This document shows positions 54,029 to 63,943 of a DNA stretch of 64,000 nt, one piece after another. Both the position numbers and the translations under genes were made by a program. How positions within the stretch are numbered: position 1 is the stretch's first letter; each line of letters opens with the position of its first letter. Location: assembly GCA_963706025.1 (NCBI GenBank), contig CAVPLM010000003.1, positions 96,001 to 160,000 on the forward strand, written 5' to 3'. The notes beneath the pieces were generated by a model. The model did not search any database, was not told the origin of the DNA, and saw only the letters and a list, made by a program, of their open reading frames with translations. This stretch comes from an uncultured Actinomycetes bacterium. GTDB taxonomy: Bacteria; Actinomycetota; Thermoleophilia; RBG-16-64-13.

Positions 54029-54201
54029 GCTTGGCGCTCGGACGGATGGCGGCGCCCTGTCACGGCGGCGCTGACCTGAGGCCGGCACTTCGTGGCGGCG
54101 ACGCCCATCGGACGGCAGCGGGCTTCCGCGTTCGGGGCTTCTGCTATCATCCTCGGGGCGAAAAACGCTGGATTGCTCAGCATGAGCAAGGAGCATGATC
54201 G

Positions 54202-54879
54202 ATGGAGTTCTGGTACTGGTCGCTCATCCTGCTGGTGCCGGCGCTGGTCCTGGGCATCTACGCTCAAGTCAAAGTCAGCTCTAGCTTCAGCCACTATTCA
54301 CAGGTGCCATCCGCTCGGGGTCTTTCCGGGGCCCAGGCCGCTAGGGTGATGCTAGACTCCGCCGGTCTTGCCGACGTGGGCATCGAGGTGGCCGGTAGCC
54401 GCCTCTCCGATCACTACGACCCGCGTTCCCGCATGCTCACCCTGAGCCCCGAAGTAGGCAACAGCAACTCGCTCGCCGCCCTGGGTGTGGCCGCGCATGA
54501 AGCCGGCCACGCCATGCAGCATGCCGACGGCTACACCCCCTTCAGGCTCAGAAGCACGCTGGTGCCGGTGGCGAGAATAGGCAGCAATCTCGGGTTCATC
54601 CTCTTCCTGGTAGGCCTGCTTTTCTTCAGGAGCGGCATCATGATGAACATCGGCATCATCCTTTACGCGGGGGCTGTGCTGTTCACAGTGGTGACTCTGC
54701 CGGTGGAATTGAACGCCTCCAAACGGGCCATGACCCAACTCTCCGACAGGAACATCCTCGTCGCCGACGAACTCACGGGTGCGAAGAAGGTGCTGAGCGC
54801 GGCCGCGCTCACCTATGTGGCGGCTGCGCTTATGGCCGTCTTGCAGCTGGTGCGGCTCATTCTCATCAGTCGCAGGTAG
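54202..54879 (+). CDS. Neutral zinc metallopeptidase (YugP-like)
   Basis: LSDHYDP, AAHEAGHA, TLPVE and AAALTYVA. Confidence 0.92.
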   Translation: MEFWYWSLILLVPALVLGIYAQVKVSSSFSHYSQVPSARGLSGAQAARVMLDSAGLADVGIEVAGSRLSDHYDPRSRMLTLSPEVGNSNSLAALGVAAHEAGHAMQHADGYTPFRLRSTLVPVARIGSNLGFILFLVGLLFFRSGIMMNIGIILYAGAVLFTVVTLPVELNASKRAMTQLSDRNILVADELTGAKKVLSAAALTYVAAALMAVLQLVRLILISRR

Positions 54880-54925
54880 CAGTCGGGGGTAATAGCCGAG
54901 AGGCAGTAGCTCGGAGGGAGGCACG

Positions 54926-56284
54926 ATGTCCGTACCGCGGGTCCTGCTGGTCCCCACGCATCGGACGGGGCTGGCGAATGCGGTAGCGGCGGCAGTGGCG
55001 GAGATCGCGACCGCCCAGGGTAGCCGGGTCCGCTATCACCACCTTGGTCCTCTTAGCCCGGTCTCCTGCTGGGATCGGTGGGAGGGGACCGCCTTCCTCG
55101 ACCCGGCACTTTATGAGAACGAGCAACTCCTCGGTCTCTACGACGTGGCGACCCGGGGCGCCCACCTCTCTCTGCTCTCCTCCAGCGCCGGGGCCCTCGA
55201 TCGACGGGAAGGGGTCGACTGGCTTCCCATCGATGTGGCCCACCTGCTCGACTGCCCGGTGGTGGTGGTGCTGGACTGCCGGGGATGGGGTACCGGCATC
55301 AGAGTCCTGATCGAAGGTCTCAAGTCGTTGTTCGTCGGACTGAACCTGGCCGGGGCAGTGCTGTCGGGCATCGCCGATCCTGAGCACTGCGAACTCCTGA
55401 GACGAGTGCTCCTCGAGGAGGACGTACCGGTAGCAGGGTGTCTCTTCGAGGGTGATGGACCCGGATGGGAGACGGTGCCGCCGGGAGCATGGGGTCAGCC
55501 CCTGGAACCAACGCTCTTGGAAGCGGTCTCCCGCCAGGTGGATATCGACGGGTTGGTGAAACTGGCGGGCCAACGCGGGTTTCTCTCACCGCAGAACTGG
55601 CTGATCGACCGGGGGGGCGATGGCCCCTTGATCATGGTCGCCGGGGGAAGGGGCTTCAGTCCCTGGAGCCGTGACTCCATCGAGGTGCTGCGTTCGGCGG
55701 GAGCTCAGATCCGCCGCCTCGATCTCACAATGGACGAAGCACTGCCGGAGGAAACGGCAGGCCTGATCCTGGCCGGCACCGCGTGGCCCGCCGACCTGCT
55801 CGACATCTCTCTGAACCAACTTCTGCTCCGTGACCTTCGCCAGCGCATCAGCGAGGGGCTCCCCACGGTCGCCCTGGGAGGGGGGATGCTGCTTCTGCTG
55901 AGCAAGGTGCAGGACTCGCTGGGCCGGACCGTAGAACTGGCCGATGTCATCCCCGCCGAGGGAGAGATCCTGTGGGAGATGGACGACCCGGGCTATGTGG
56001 AGATCACCGCCGAGCGGGATAATCTGCTGATGTCGAAAGGGGAGACGGTCACAGGGTGGGTGATGACCGACGCGGAGATCCTTATGCCGAACGGCGGCTG
56101 GGAACCGCCCTTGACCGTGCGGGGCGCCGGGGAGTCGAACGCGCACTTCGAGGGGGCGGGGACCAGTTCGCTCCTCTGCTCCAGGGTCTTCACGCACCTG
56201 TCTGCGACGCCGGGAATGGCTGCTCGGTTCGTCGGGCAGTGTGCCGCTTACGCGGCCGTTCGCTCTCGACCGGACCGGGACTGA
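54926..56284 (+). CDS. Degenerate cobyrinate a,c-diamide synthase-like (CobB/CbiA fold) protein
   Basis: Overall CobB layout (DVAHLLDCPVVVVLD, GATase-like C-terminus) but P-loop and catalytic Cys are absent. Confidence 0.7.
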   Translation: MSVPRVLLVPTHRTGLANAVAAAVAEIATAQGSRVRYHHLGPLSPVSCWDRWEGTAFLDPALYENEQLLGLYDVATRGAHLSLLSSSAGALDRREGVDWLPIDVAHLLDCPVVVVLDCRGWGTGIRVLIEGLKSLFVGLNLAGAVLSGIADPEHCELLRRVLLEEDVPVAGCLFEGDGPGWETVPPGAWGQPLEPTLLEAVSRQVDIDGLVKLAGQRGFLSPQNWLIDRGGDGPLIMVAGGRGFSPWSRDSIEVLRSAGAQIRRLDLTMDEALPEETAGLILAGTAWPADLLDISLNQLLLRDLRQRISEGLPTVALGGGMLLLLSKVQDSLGRTVELADVIPAEGEILWEMDDPGYVEITAERDNLLMSKGETVTGWVMTDAEILMPNGGWEPPLTVRGAGESNAHFEGAGTSSLLCSRVFTHLSATPGMAARFVGQCAAYAAVRSRPDRD

Positions 56285-56404
56285 CCGTCGGGGCGGGATT
56301 AGCCGGCGCCTCGATAGTGCGATAGGCTGTGAAGCTCATTCCAGATAGCGTGGCGGCGAGGCCCCAGGGCGGCCGCCAAATCCAGACGGCGAAGAGGAGG
56401 GAAC

Positions 56405-56704
56405 GTGTCGGCTACGAGTGTCGACCCGGTCATCAAGCACTACCGTGACCAGATCTCAGACAATGATCTCAAGATCCTGGAGGCTCTGAACAGACGGATC
56501 AAGCTGGTCAAGAGCCTGAAAGAATACAAGGAGGCTCAAGGTCTCAGCTTTTACGACGCCGCCCAGGAGGACTGGATCATCACCTATCTCTGCCGGGCGA
56601 ACCGCGGCCCCTTGTCCAACGAGAGCCTTCGCGAGATATACACCTTGATATTGCAGGCGGCCAAGCGGGACGCAGCGGCTTTGGGAGGGAAGGCCACAGA
56701 ATAG
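56405..56704 (+). CDS. AroQ-type chorismate mutase
   Basis: YRDQISDND-ILEALNRR...K...D---E...NRGPL. Confidence 0.8.
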   Translation: MSATSVDPVIKHYRDQISDNDLKILEALNRRIKLVKSLKEYKEAQGLSFYDAAQEDWIITYLCRANRGPLSNESLREIYTLILQAAKRDAAALGGKATE

Positions 56705-56739
56705 GCGAGCGTTCCGAGTGGTGGACCAGGCCCAAGTGG

Positions 56740-56910
56740 CTTAGAACTCGTTTCAGAATGAAGCTCCGCCGTCAGGGACGCCCCGGGCGAGCGCGAGAGA
56801 AGAACGCAGGGAGCGTGAATAGCAGCGCTATTTGCGCGACCGAGGACGTACAGTCGTGCCGTCCAGGGTGCACTAGGCGGCCGCGGCTTCATTCCGAAAC
56901 GAGTTGTTAG
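56740..56910. mobile_element. MITE-like palindromic element, copy 2
   Basis: TIRs AACTCGTTTCAGAATGAAG / CTTCATTCCGAAACGAGTT; subterminal similarity to 16672-16832. Confidence 0.7.
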
Positions 56911-57392
56911 AAATCCTCGGGGGAGACCTCGTCCAGGAAGTGCCTGAATTCCTTGACCATCTCTTCGAGATCCTCGATTTCCTGCTCGAACTCGATCGCG
57001 TTAGCATCGAGCAGTTCCAGGGACGCGAAGATGGGGGCGTCGGTCCTAACGGCCAGGGCGATGGCATCCGAAGGCCGGGAGTCCACTCGGATCTCCTGCC
57101 CGCCGGCCTCGAGTTGGAGAACTGCGTAGAAAGTATTGTCCCGGAGTTCGGTGACGAGGACGCCGGACACGTTCGCCGAGAGTTGCTCGATGATGGACGC
57201 CAGCAGGTCATGGGTCATAGGGCGGGGCAACTCGGCGTTCTGGAGCTTCATGAGGATGGCCGCCGCCTCCGGATGTCCGATCCAAATGGGCAGAAAGCGG
57301 TTCTTGCCTTCAACTTTCAAGAGGACGATCGGCTGCTTGCTGGCCACGTCGAAGCTGACGCCGTACACCGTGACTCTCTCGAAGCCCTGCAT
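56907..57392 (-). CDS. Bifunctional nuclease family (DUF151)
   Basis: LPIWIG-EA, RPMTHDL and DSRPSDAIALA. Confidence 0.93.
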   Translation of the reverse strand: MQGFERVTVYGVSFDVASKQPIVLLKVEGKNRFLPIWIGHPEAAAILMKLQNAELPRPMTHDLLASIIEQLSANVSGVLVTELRDNTFYAVLQLEAGGQEIRVDSRPSDAIALAVRTDAPIFASLELLDANAIEFEQEIEDLEEMVKEFRHFLDEVSPEDF

Positions 57393-57517
57393 GGTCACCT
57401 CGTTCCGCTGTTCAACTCTAGATTACTCCGAGCGGGCGTCGACGTCACCTTAACCGGAGGTCGGACCGGGGGTCTCACCCCGGCTTCGCCGGGAGCTTCG
57501 GGGCCTCCGAAGCTTCC

Positions 57518-57545
57518 TTGACATCACCCGGAATGCCGGTAAACT
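57518..57545 (+). promoter_or_regulatory. Stable-RNA promoter TTGACA-N16-TAAACT
   Basis: Consensus -35, 16-nt spacer and GC-rich discriminator before tRNA-Ile. Confidence 0.75.
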
Positions 57546-57555
57546 ACCCGCGCAT

Positions 57556-57632
<77 letters not shown>

Positions 57633-57670
57633 TCGTCTACTCGACCCTCAGGTTCCAAATCGGCTCTCGT

Positions 57671-57743
57671 GGGGGATTAGCTCAGTTGGGAGAGCGCCGC
57701 CTTTGCACGGCGGAGGTCGCCGGTTCGACCCCGGTATCCTCCA
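57671..57743 (+). tRNA. tRNA-Ala(TGC)
   Basis: Anticodon arm CCGCC-TTTGCAC-GGCGG, G3:U70 pair; CCA not fully encoded. Confidence 0.96.
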
Positions 57744-57810
57744 CCTGACTCGCGGGAGACGTATTGTTCGGAGATCGAGTGTTCGGCGATCCGCAACCAG
57801 GGAGGCACCA

Positions 57811-58239
57811 TTGATCATCCACCGGATACTAGCTGCCACAGACGGAACGGAGGCCTCGCTTCGGGGTGTTCTCGCCGCCGCCCAGCTGGTCGAGAGCATT
57901 CAGGCCGAGTTCGTTCTGCTCACCGCGGTGCCGGTGCCGCAACACATGGTGTTGACCGCCAACATGGACGCGCGGAGCATCCACCAGTACTTGGAGCGGT
58001 CGGCCCAGGAGGTGCTGGCGTCGGCGCTCGGGGTGTTGCGACGGGAAGGCGTCGGAGCCGAGGTCAAGGTGGTCTACGGGCCGCCTCCCGAGACCATCCT
58101 CGCGGAAGTCGAGGCCAGCCGCGCCGATCTGGTTGTCATGGGACGCGGGAGCCGCACCGAGCCGAAGGATTTCTTGCTGGGGAGCGTCAGCGACCGCGTC
58201 GCCCGCAACGTCAAAGTGCCCATTATGCTGGTTCCGTAG
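57811..58239 (+). CDS. Universal stress protein (UspA family)
   Basis: ILAATDG, ADLVVMG-G and LGSVSDRV; TTG after SD GGGAGG. Confidence 0.93.
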   Translation: MIIHRILAATDGTEASLRGVLAAAQLVESIQAEFVLLTAVPVPQHMVLTANMDARSIHQYLERSAQEVLASALGVLRREGVGAEVKVVYGPPPETILAEVEASRADLVVMGRGSRTEPKDFLLGSVSDRVARNVKVPIMLVP

Positions 58240-58445
58240 TGGTTCCCTCAGGACTCGGTTAGAGACGTTCCTCTTGGCAGGTGCGGCCCGAGGGCCATCC
58301 GGCCCGGCCCGCTCCCTGTGACCCCCCGCCCCCGGTGCCCATGAAGCGCCGCCCAGATGTCAGGCGGTGCGGCGTCCTCTCGTAGCTGACGAAATCCTCT
58401 CTGAGCACGCCGCTGTGTTTCACTTATAGAGTTTAGCAATATCTA

Positions 58446-58474
58446 TTGCAAATACGGTGCATTTCGCCTATACT
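58446..58474 (+). promoter_or_regulatory. Housekeeping-sigma promoter TTGCAA-N17-TATACT
   Basis: Near-consensus hexamers in an AT-rich patch upstream of 58489. Confidence 0.7.
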
Positions 58475-58488
58475 GCAACAGAGGACAC

Positions 58489-59469
58489 ATGGTAGGACAG
58501 AGTACAGCCCTGGTCCGGCGTATGACCGAGCCCCAGAAAGCTCGCGTCAGGCTTCCGCTCCTCACTCTCTTAGCCTTGCTCGGACCTCTGTTCTCGGGGG
58601 TACGCTCAGCCTCAGTCTGGATCGCCTACGTCGTCTTCATGGTCCTCTATTCGCTATGGGCTCTGCGTCTCTCGCGTCTATTCTCGCGCGATCGCCGCCT
58701 AGGCTATCTCCTGTGCCTTACCGACACCGCGATCCTGCTGCCGTTGCTGGTCTGGAGCTCAGCAGCCGCGTTGCAGACCGTCCTCGTGTTGGTGTGCACC
58801 GCGGGGCTTGCTTTCACCTACCAGGCGGACCGATCGCGGGCGAGAAGCGACGCGCGGTTCGAAAACGAACTGCCGGCGTTGCGGGGTTCGTCCGCCCGAG
58901 AAGGGCGGGCGAACAGCAGACGGTCCGAAGAGTTGAGCACGCAGGCGCGTCTGGAACGAGCGGTCCGCACCCGCCTGCAGGTGTTCACTGCCACCGGAGC
59001 GAGGTTCGGGCTGGTGGTGCTCCGCATCGCCCGGTTCGAAGAGGCCGCTTCCTACTATGGGGAGGAAGCCTCCGAACGGCTACTTTCTGCCGTCAGCAGG
59101 CGGGGACTGCGGCTCCTCGGCCCTGACGCCCAGGACTTTTCGTTGCAGGGAGGGAGAGTGGCCTTCCTTTTCGAGACCGAGCCTCAGGCTCTGCAGGGAC
59201 ACGGTCGGTACGAGAGCGGTTTCGCCTGGACCGATCCCTACGATGTGGAAGGCTTGGCCATGGCGCTCGGGCGCAAGGTGTGCGAACACCTGGTCGATGG
59301 GCACCGAGTGGAGTGCGTTGTGGGCTGGGCCTCGGCACCGGCCGACGGTCTGACCGCCGATGATCTCCTGTATGTGGCCGAGACCGGGGCCCAAAGCACG
59401 GCGGCTTTCCGACGGGTCGCGGGTTCGTCTGTGCCGGCTTCCGAGCGCGCACGGGCGGCGGCCGGGTAG
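58489..59469 (+). CDS. Membrane protein with degenerate GGDEF-like domain
   Basis: About 4 N-terminal TMs; LVVLRIARF...YG---SERLL...QGGRVAFL...VGWASAPADGLTADDLL. Confidence 0.7.
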   Translation: MVGQSTALVRRMTEPQKARVRLPLLTLLALLGPLFSGVRSASVWIAYVVFMVLYSLWALRLSRLFSRDRRLGYLLCLTDTAILLPLLVWSSAAALQTVLVLVCTAGLAFTYQADRSRARSDARFENELPALRGSSAREGRANSRRSEELSTQARLERAVRTRLQVFTATGARFGLVVLRIARFEEAASYYGEEASERLLSAVSRRGLRLLGPDAQDFSLQGGRVAFLFETEPQALQGHGRYESGFAWTDPYDVEGLAMALGRKVCEHLVDGHRVECVVGWASAPADGLTADDLLYVAETGAQSTAAFRRVAGSSVPASERARAAAG

Positions 59470-59552
59470 CATCACGACCGCGAACACGGGCTGCGGAGAA
59501 CGGCTGCACGCCGCCGGCCAAGTCCGGTGAGGCCTGTGGTAGAGTTCCCCGC

Positions 59553-60521
59553 ATGAACGACCAGGCCGGCATCTCTGTGGATCCCCAGACCCTCAAGACC
59601 AAGACCATCGGCGTGCTCATGGGCGGCCTGTCGGGGGAGCGAGAGATCTCCCTGCTATCGGGCGAGAACTGTCTCCGCGCCCTCGTTTCCCGTGGTTACC
59701 GGGCGGTGCCGATCGATGCAGTGCGTGATGTAGCCCAACGTCTCGACGAGGCCGGGATAGAGGTAGCCTTCCTTGCGCTTCACGGACGCTACGGAGAGGA
59801 CGGCACCATCCAGGGATTACTGGAGATGATGGGCATCCCCTACACGGGTTCCGGTGTCCTGGCTTCGGCTCTGGGGATGAACAAGATCGCCGCCAAGAAA
59901 GTGGTGCGAGGGAGCGGGGTATCAACTCCCGATTACCTGGAGATCACGCCTGACGAGAGGGCGGCTGAGGCCGCCATTCGGATCGAGGCGGAGTTGGGTC
60001 TACCGGTTATGCTCAAGCCGGTGGAGGAGGGGTCGAGCCTGGGAGTGTATAAGTGCGGAGAGACCGGCGATCTCTCGGCCTGCATCGACCGGGGGCGGGC
60101 GGAATTCGGGGCCATGTTCGCCGAACGGTTCGTGCCGGGCCGGGAGATCACCGTGGGAGTGCTGGAGCGAGACGGCCGGTCCGAAGCCCTGCCTATCCTG
60201 GAGTTGGTGCCGAAGAACGACTTCTATGACTTCGAGGCTAAGTACACCAAGGGGATGACCGAGTTCATCCTCCCGGCCCGCCTCGAGGCCGCCGTCTATG
60301 CCGAGGCGCAACGCGTGGCGATGGCCGCCTACGAGGCCATAGGTTGTCGGGGCTACGCCCGGGTGGACATGATGGTGGACGCGTCCGGGGTGCCCTGGTT
60401 CGTGGAACTCAACACCCTGCCGGGCATGACGGAGCTGTCGGACCTGCCCGCCCAGGCTCAAGCCGCGGGTCTCTCCTATGAAGACTTGGTGGAAACGATC
60501 CTCCTCACCGCCGGCGCCTGA
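59553..60521 (+). CDS. ddl: D-alanine--D-alanine ligase
   Basis: GGLSGEREISL, LHGRYGEDG, EGSSLG, YDFEAKY and ELNTLPG. Confidence 0.96.
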   Translation: MNDQAGISVDPQTLKTKTIGVLMGGLSGEREISLLSGENCLRALVSRGYRAVPIDAVRDVAQRLDEAGIEVAFLALHGRYGEDGTIQGLLEMMGIPYTGSGVLASALGMNKIAAKKVVRGSGVSTPDYLEITPDERAAEAAIRIEAELGLPVMLKPVEEGSSLGVYKCGETGDLSACIDRGRAEFGAMFAERFVPGREITVGVLERDGRSEALPILELVPKNDFYDFEAKYTKGMTEFILPARLEAAVYAEAQRVAMAAYEAIGCRGYARVDMMVDASGVPWFVELNTLPGMTELSDLPAQAQAAGLSYEDLVETILLTAGA

Positions 60522-61485
60522 GGCCGGCGGCAGGACCGTCCGGGACTCGACGGGCGGTGCCGGGAGCTCCCCGGCCTCCCCGTTGGTACCACCCACCGTC
60601 GGTCTGGTGGACGCCCATGTCCACGTCTTCCCGGAGGAGGTGATCAGAGAGCGGGATGCCTACCTGGAGCGGGACGAGTGGTTCGGCCACCTCTACCGCT
60701 CACCGGAGGCGCGCATGGTCACGGGGGACGAGGTGGTGATCCACATGGATGCCGCCGGCGTGGAGATGTCGGTCGTCTTCGGCTACGCGTTCCGGGACCA
60801 GGGGTTGTGCCGCCTGGTCAACGACTACGTGATAGAGCTAGTGAGCCGGTACCCTGGCCGGCTGGCCGGCCTGGCCTGTGTCTCGCCCGGAGCCCCGGGG
60901 GCCGCAACGGAGTTGGAGCGCTGCCTGGATCTCGGCCTGAAGGGTTGCGGGGAACTCATGCCCGACGGCCAGGGTTTCGGCAGGATCTGGGGTGCAGGCG
61001 CGGGGGCGAGGGGGGGCGGCGCCGGCCGGGCCGGCGGCCGCCCGGCAGACGGGCTCGCGGCCCTGGCCGGCTTTCTCGAGGAGCGCGGTCTCCCGCTCCT
61101 CCTCCACGCCAACGAGCCGGTGGGCCACCACTATCCGGGGAAGGGGGACTTCACCCCGGAGGCCTGCTTCGCCCTGGCCCAAGCCTTCCCCGAGTTACTC
61201 ATCGTGTTCGCGCACATGGGCGGCGGGCTGTTCGTTTACGAGCTGATGCCGGAGGTACGCGCGGCCCTAGTCAACGTCCGCTACGATACTTCGGCGGTCC
61301 CCTATCTCTACGGTCCCGAGGTCTACGCGGTCGCGGTCTCGTGCGCAGGGGAAGAGAAGATCATTTTCGGCAGCGATTATCCCCTGCTTGTGCCGGGAAG
61401 ATACCAGGAAGGGCTTGCGCGCTTGGCCCCCGGGCCTCGCGCGGCCGTGTCGGCCGGCAATGCACGAAAGGTGTTCTCACTATGA
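60478..61485 (+). CDS. Amidohydrolase family protein (start uncertain)
   Basis: DAHVH, GCGEL, LLLH, AHMGGG, YDTSA and FGSDYP. Confidence 0.9.
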   Translation: MKTWWKRSSSPPAPEAGGRTVRDSTGGAGSSPASPLVPPTVGLVDAHVHVFPEEVIRERDAYLERDEWFGHLYRSPEARMVTGDEVVIHMDAAGVEMSVVFGYAFRDQGLCRLVNDYVIELVSRYPGRLAGLACVSPGAPGAATELERCLDLGLKGCGELMPDGQGFGRIWGAGAGARGGGAGRAGGRPADGLAALAGFLEERGLPLLLHANEPVGHHYPGKGDFTPEACFALAQAFPELLIVFAHMGGGLFVYELMPEVRAALVNVRYDTSAVPYLYGPEVYAVAVSCAGEEKIIFGSDYPLLVPGRYQEGLARLAPGPRAAVSAGNARKVFSL

Positions 61486-62360
61486 CCGAAGGGGTCGATC
61501 ACAGTCACGATCTACAGCGGCTCCTTGAAGAGCTGGTAGCCGGCGACGCGGGTCTGGACGACGTGCTGCAGAGGTTGCGGCTGCTGCAGGTCGCCCATCT
61601 GGGGGAATTCGCCCGCTTGGACATGAACCGCGACCTGCGCAAGGGTGTGCCCGAGGTTATCCTCGCTTCTCGCAAGAGCGACGCCGAACTGGAGGCCATC
61701 GTGCGCCGTTTCCTGACCGAACGGGGCCTGGCTCTGGCGAGCCGTCTGGAGCCGGCTCGGGCCGAGACACTGCGACACGCCTTGACCGGCGGCGACTGCG
61801 CGGGCGCCTCGGTCGAAGCCTCGGTCGACGGCCGCACGGACGCGTCGGCCGACGGCCGCGCCGCCCCCATCGACGGGTTGAGCTTCGACTACAAACCGGC
61901 TGCGCAAGTCTTGTCCGCCTGGTTGCCTTCCTACCGGCCCCCTGAAGAACGGGGCTGCGTCGGCCTGCTCACAGCCGGGACCTCGGACATACCCGTGGCA
62001 GAGGAGGCGGCGCTGGTAGCCGTGCACATGGGGTGCCGGGTGGAGAAGGGTTATGACGCCGGAGTGGCGGGGATCCATCGGCTCCTGGAGCCGCTCACCC
62101 GTATGCTGGAGAGCGGAGCCGACGTGCTGGTGGTTGCAGCCGGCATGGAGGGAGCGCTGCCTTCGGTGGTGGCGGGCCTGGTGGACATCCCGGTGATCGG
62201 GGTGCCGACGTCCATCGGCTACGGAATGGGCGGTGGCGGCACGGCTGCTCTCTACTCGATATTGCAGAGTTGCTCGCCGGGCTTGGTGGCAGTGAACATC
62301 GACAACGGGGTGGGAGCGGGTGCCGCGGCTGCGTTGATCGCCCGCCGGCGCCCAAGGTGA
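61482..62360 (+). CDS. larB: Nickel-pincer cofactor biosynthesis protein LarB
   Basis: RKGVPEV, TAGTSDIPVAEEA, AGMEGAL, PTSIGYG and VNIDNG. Confidence 0.93.
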   Translation: MTEGVDHSHDLQRLLEELVAGDAGLDDVLQRLRLLQVAHLGEFARLDMNRDLRKGVPEVILASRKSDAELEAIVRRFLTERGLALASRLEPARAETLRHALTGGDCAGASVEASVDGRTDASADGRAAPIDGLSFDYKPAAQVLSAWLPSYRPPEERGCVGLLTAGTSDIPVAEEAALVAVHMGCRVEKGYDAGVAGIHRLLEPLTRMLESGADVLVVAAGMEGALPSVVAGLVDIPVIGVPTSIGYGMGGGGTAALYSILQSCSPGLVAVNIDNGVGAGAAAALIARRRPR

Positions 62361-62378
62361 GTAGCCCGGGGAGGGATC

Positions 62379-62654
62379 ATGGAGATCGGACCGCAGGATG
62401 AGGCGAGGGTCCAGATCGACGACCAGGAGCCGTTCGCGATCGCGCACGCGGTCATCGAGAGAGACGTCCTGCAATCGCACCTTCGTCGGCTGACCACGGC
62501 GGATGGCGCGCCCGTCGTGCTGCCGGTGGGGGCCCGCGTGACCCTCTACGAGGGACCCTCGGTGGTGTTCGTCGGCCTGGTCGAGGAAGACCAGAGCGTC
62601 ATCGATCTGCTGTCGGCGCAGCCAGACGATAGCGAGGACTTCGAGCCGATCTGA
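62379..62654 (+). CDS. Small acidic hypothetical protein
   Basis: ATG after SD GGAGG; fills the gap between larB and wecB. Confidence 0.7.
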   Translation: MEIGPQDEARVQIDDQEPFAIAHAVIERDVLQSHLRRLTTADGAPVVLPVGARVTLYEGPSVVFVGLVEEDQSVIDLLSAQPDDSEDFEPI

Positions 62655-62672
62655 CCGGCCGGCGCGGCTTGG

Positions 62673-63943
62673 CTAGCCGAGGTCGCCGGGCAGTGCGGCG
62701 TTGCCGGGCACGCCCGAGGCGAAAGGTATCGGGGGTCTCGCCCGGAGGCCGAGATGGAACTCCAGATGATCGACGATGCGCACCGCCGCCTGCCCATCAC
62801 CGTAGGGGTTGACGCCATCGCCATCGCCGCGTAGCGACCGGGGTCGGTGAGCAGCAGCACCAGTTCGCGGGCGACCGCCGTCGTGTCCGTCCCTACCAGC
62901 CGGGCGGTGCCCGCCTCGATGCCTTCGGGCCGTTCCGTGGTGTCGCGCATCACCAAGACCGGTTTGCCAAGCGTGGGCGCTTCCTCCTGGATCCCCCCGG
63001 AATCGGTGATGACCACGTCCACAGCTTTCATGAGGTGGACGAAGGGATGGTAGGGGAGCGGTTCGGTGAACACCACCTGGCGCACTCCCTCGAGGACTCC
63101 CCGGAACGTCTTCCGCACCAACGGGTTGAGGTGGATGGGAAAGATGAAAGTGATGTCCGGCAACCGCTCGCTCACCTGCTTGATGGCTAGGGCCACCCTT
63201 TCCATGGGCATCCCCCAGCTCTCCCGCCGGTGGACCGTCACCAGCACCTTGGGCCCAGGACGGTCGAGGGCCGACGCGATGCGGCGTTCCCAAGTCGGAG
63301 GCGCCGTCGCTGCGGTCGCGAGCAGTGCGTCGATGACCGTGTTGCCGGTGACGAGGATCCCCTCGGGGTCGGCGCCCTCGCGAAGCAGGGCGTCGCGGGC
63401 CGCGACCGTAGGAGCGTAGTGAATGGCGGCCAGCCGGTCGGCCAGGCGCCGGTTCATCTCTTCGGGATAGGGGCTGTAAATGTTGTCGGTACGGAGGCCG
63501 GCCTCCACGTGGGCGACGGGGATCATGCGGTAGTAGGCGCCGAGGGCCGCCGCGAAGGTGGTGGTGGTGTCACCGTGCACGATCACCAGGTCGGGCTCCT
63601 CGGCGACGAGCAAGGGGTCGATACCGCTCAGGACCGCCGACGTGATATGACCCAGCGATTGGCGCTCGCGCATTATCTTGAGGTCGTGATCGACGGGGAT
63701 AGAGAACGCCTCGATCACTTGGTCGAGCATCTCCCGATGCTGTCCGGTAAGGCAGGTGATCACCCGGAGGGTCCCGCGACGCTGCAACTCGAGAACCACA
63801 GGGGCCATCTTGATAGCCTCGGGGCGGGTGCCGAAAGTGACGAAGACAGTCGGTCGGCGGGCGCCTGCGCCGTTGCCGGCCGTATGGTCGGGGGTCTCGT
63901 TCCGGGCACTGGGACGAGGGCCGGCAGTCACATCACCTGTCAC
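62673..63943 (-). CDS. wecB: UDP-N-acetylglucosamine 2-epimerase (frameshift near 62815)
   Basis: FGTRPEAIKMAP, HVEAGLR, HRRE and DSGGIQEE; C-terminal NPYGDG in another frame. Confidence 0.93.

Noticed and set aside
60220-60250. Ddl as a D-Ala-D-Lac ligase, given nearby larB
   Set aside because: The omega-loop retains Tyr (YDFEAKY), typical of D-Ala-D-Ala ligases
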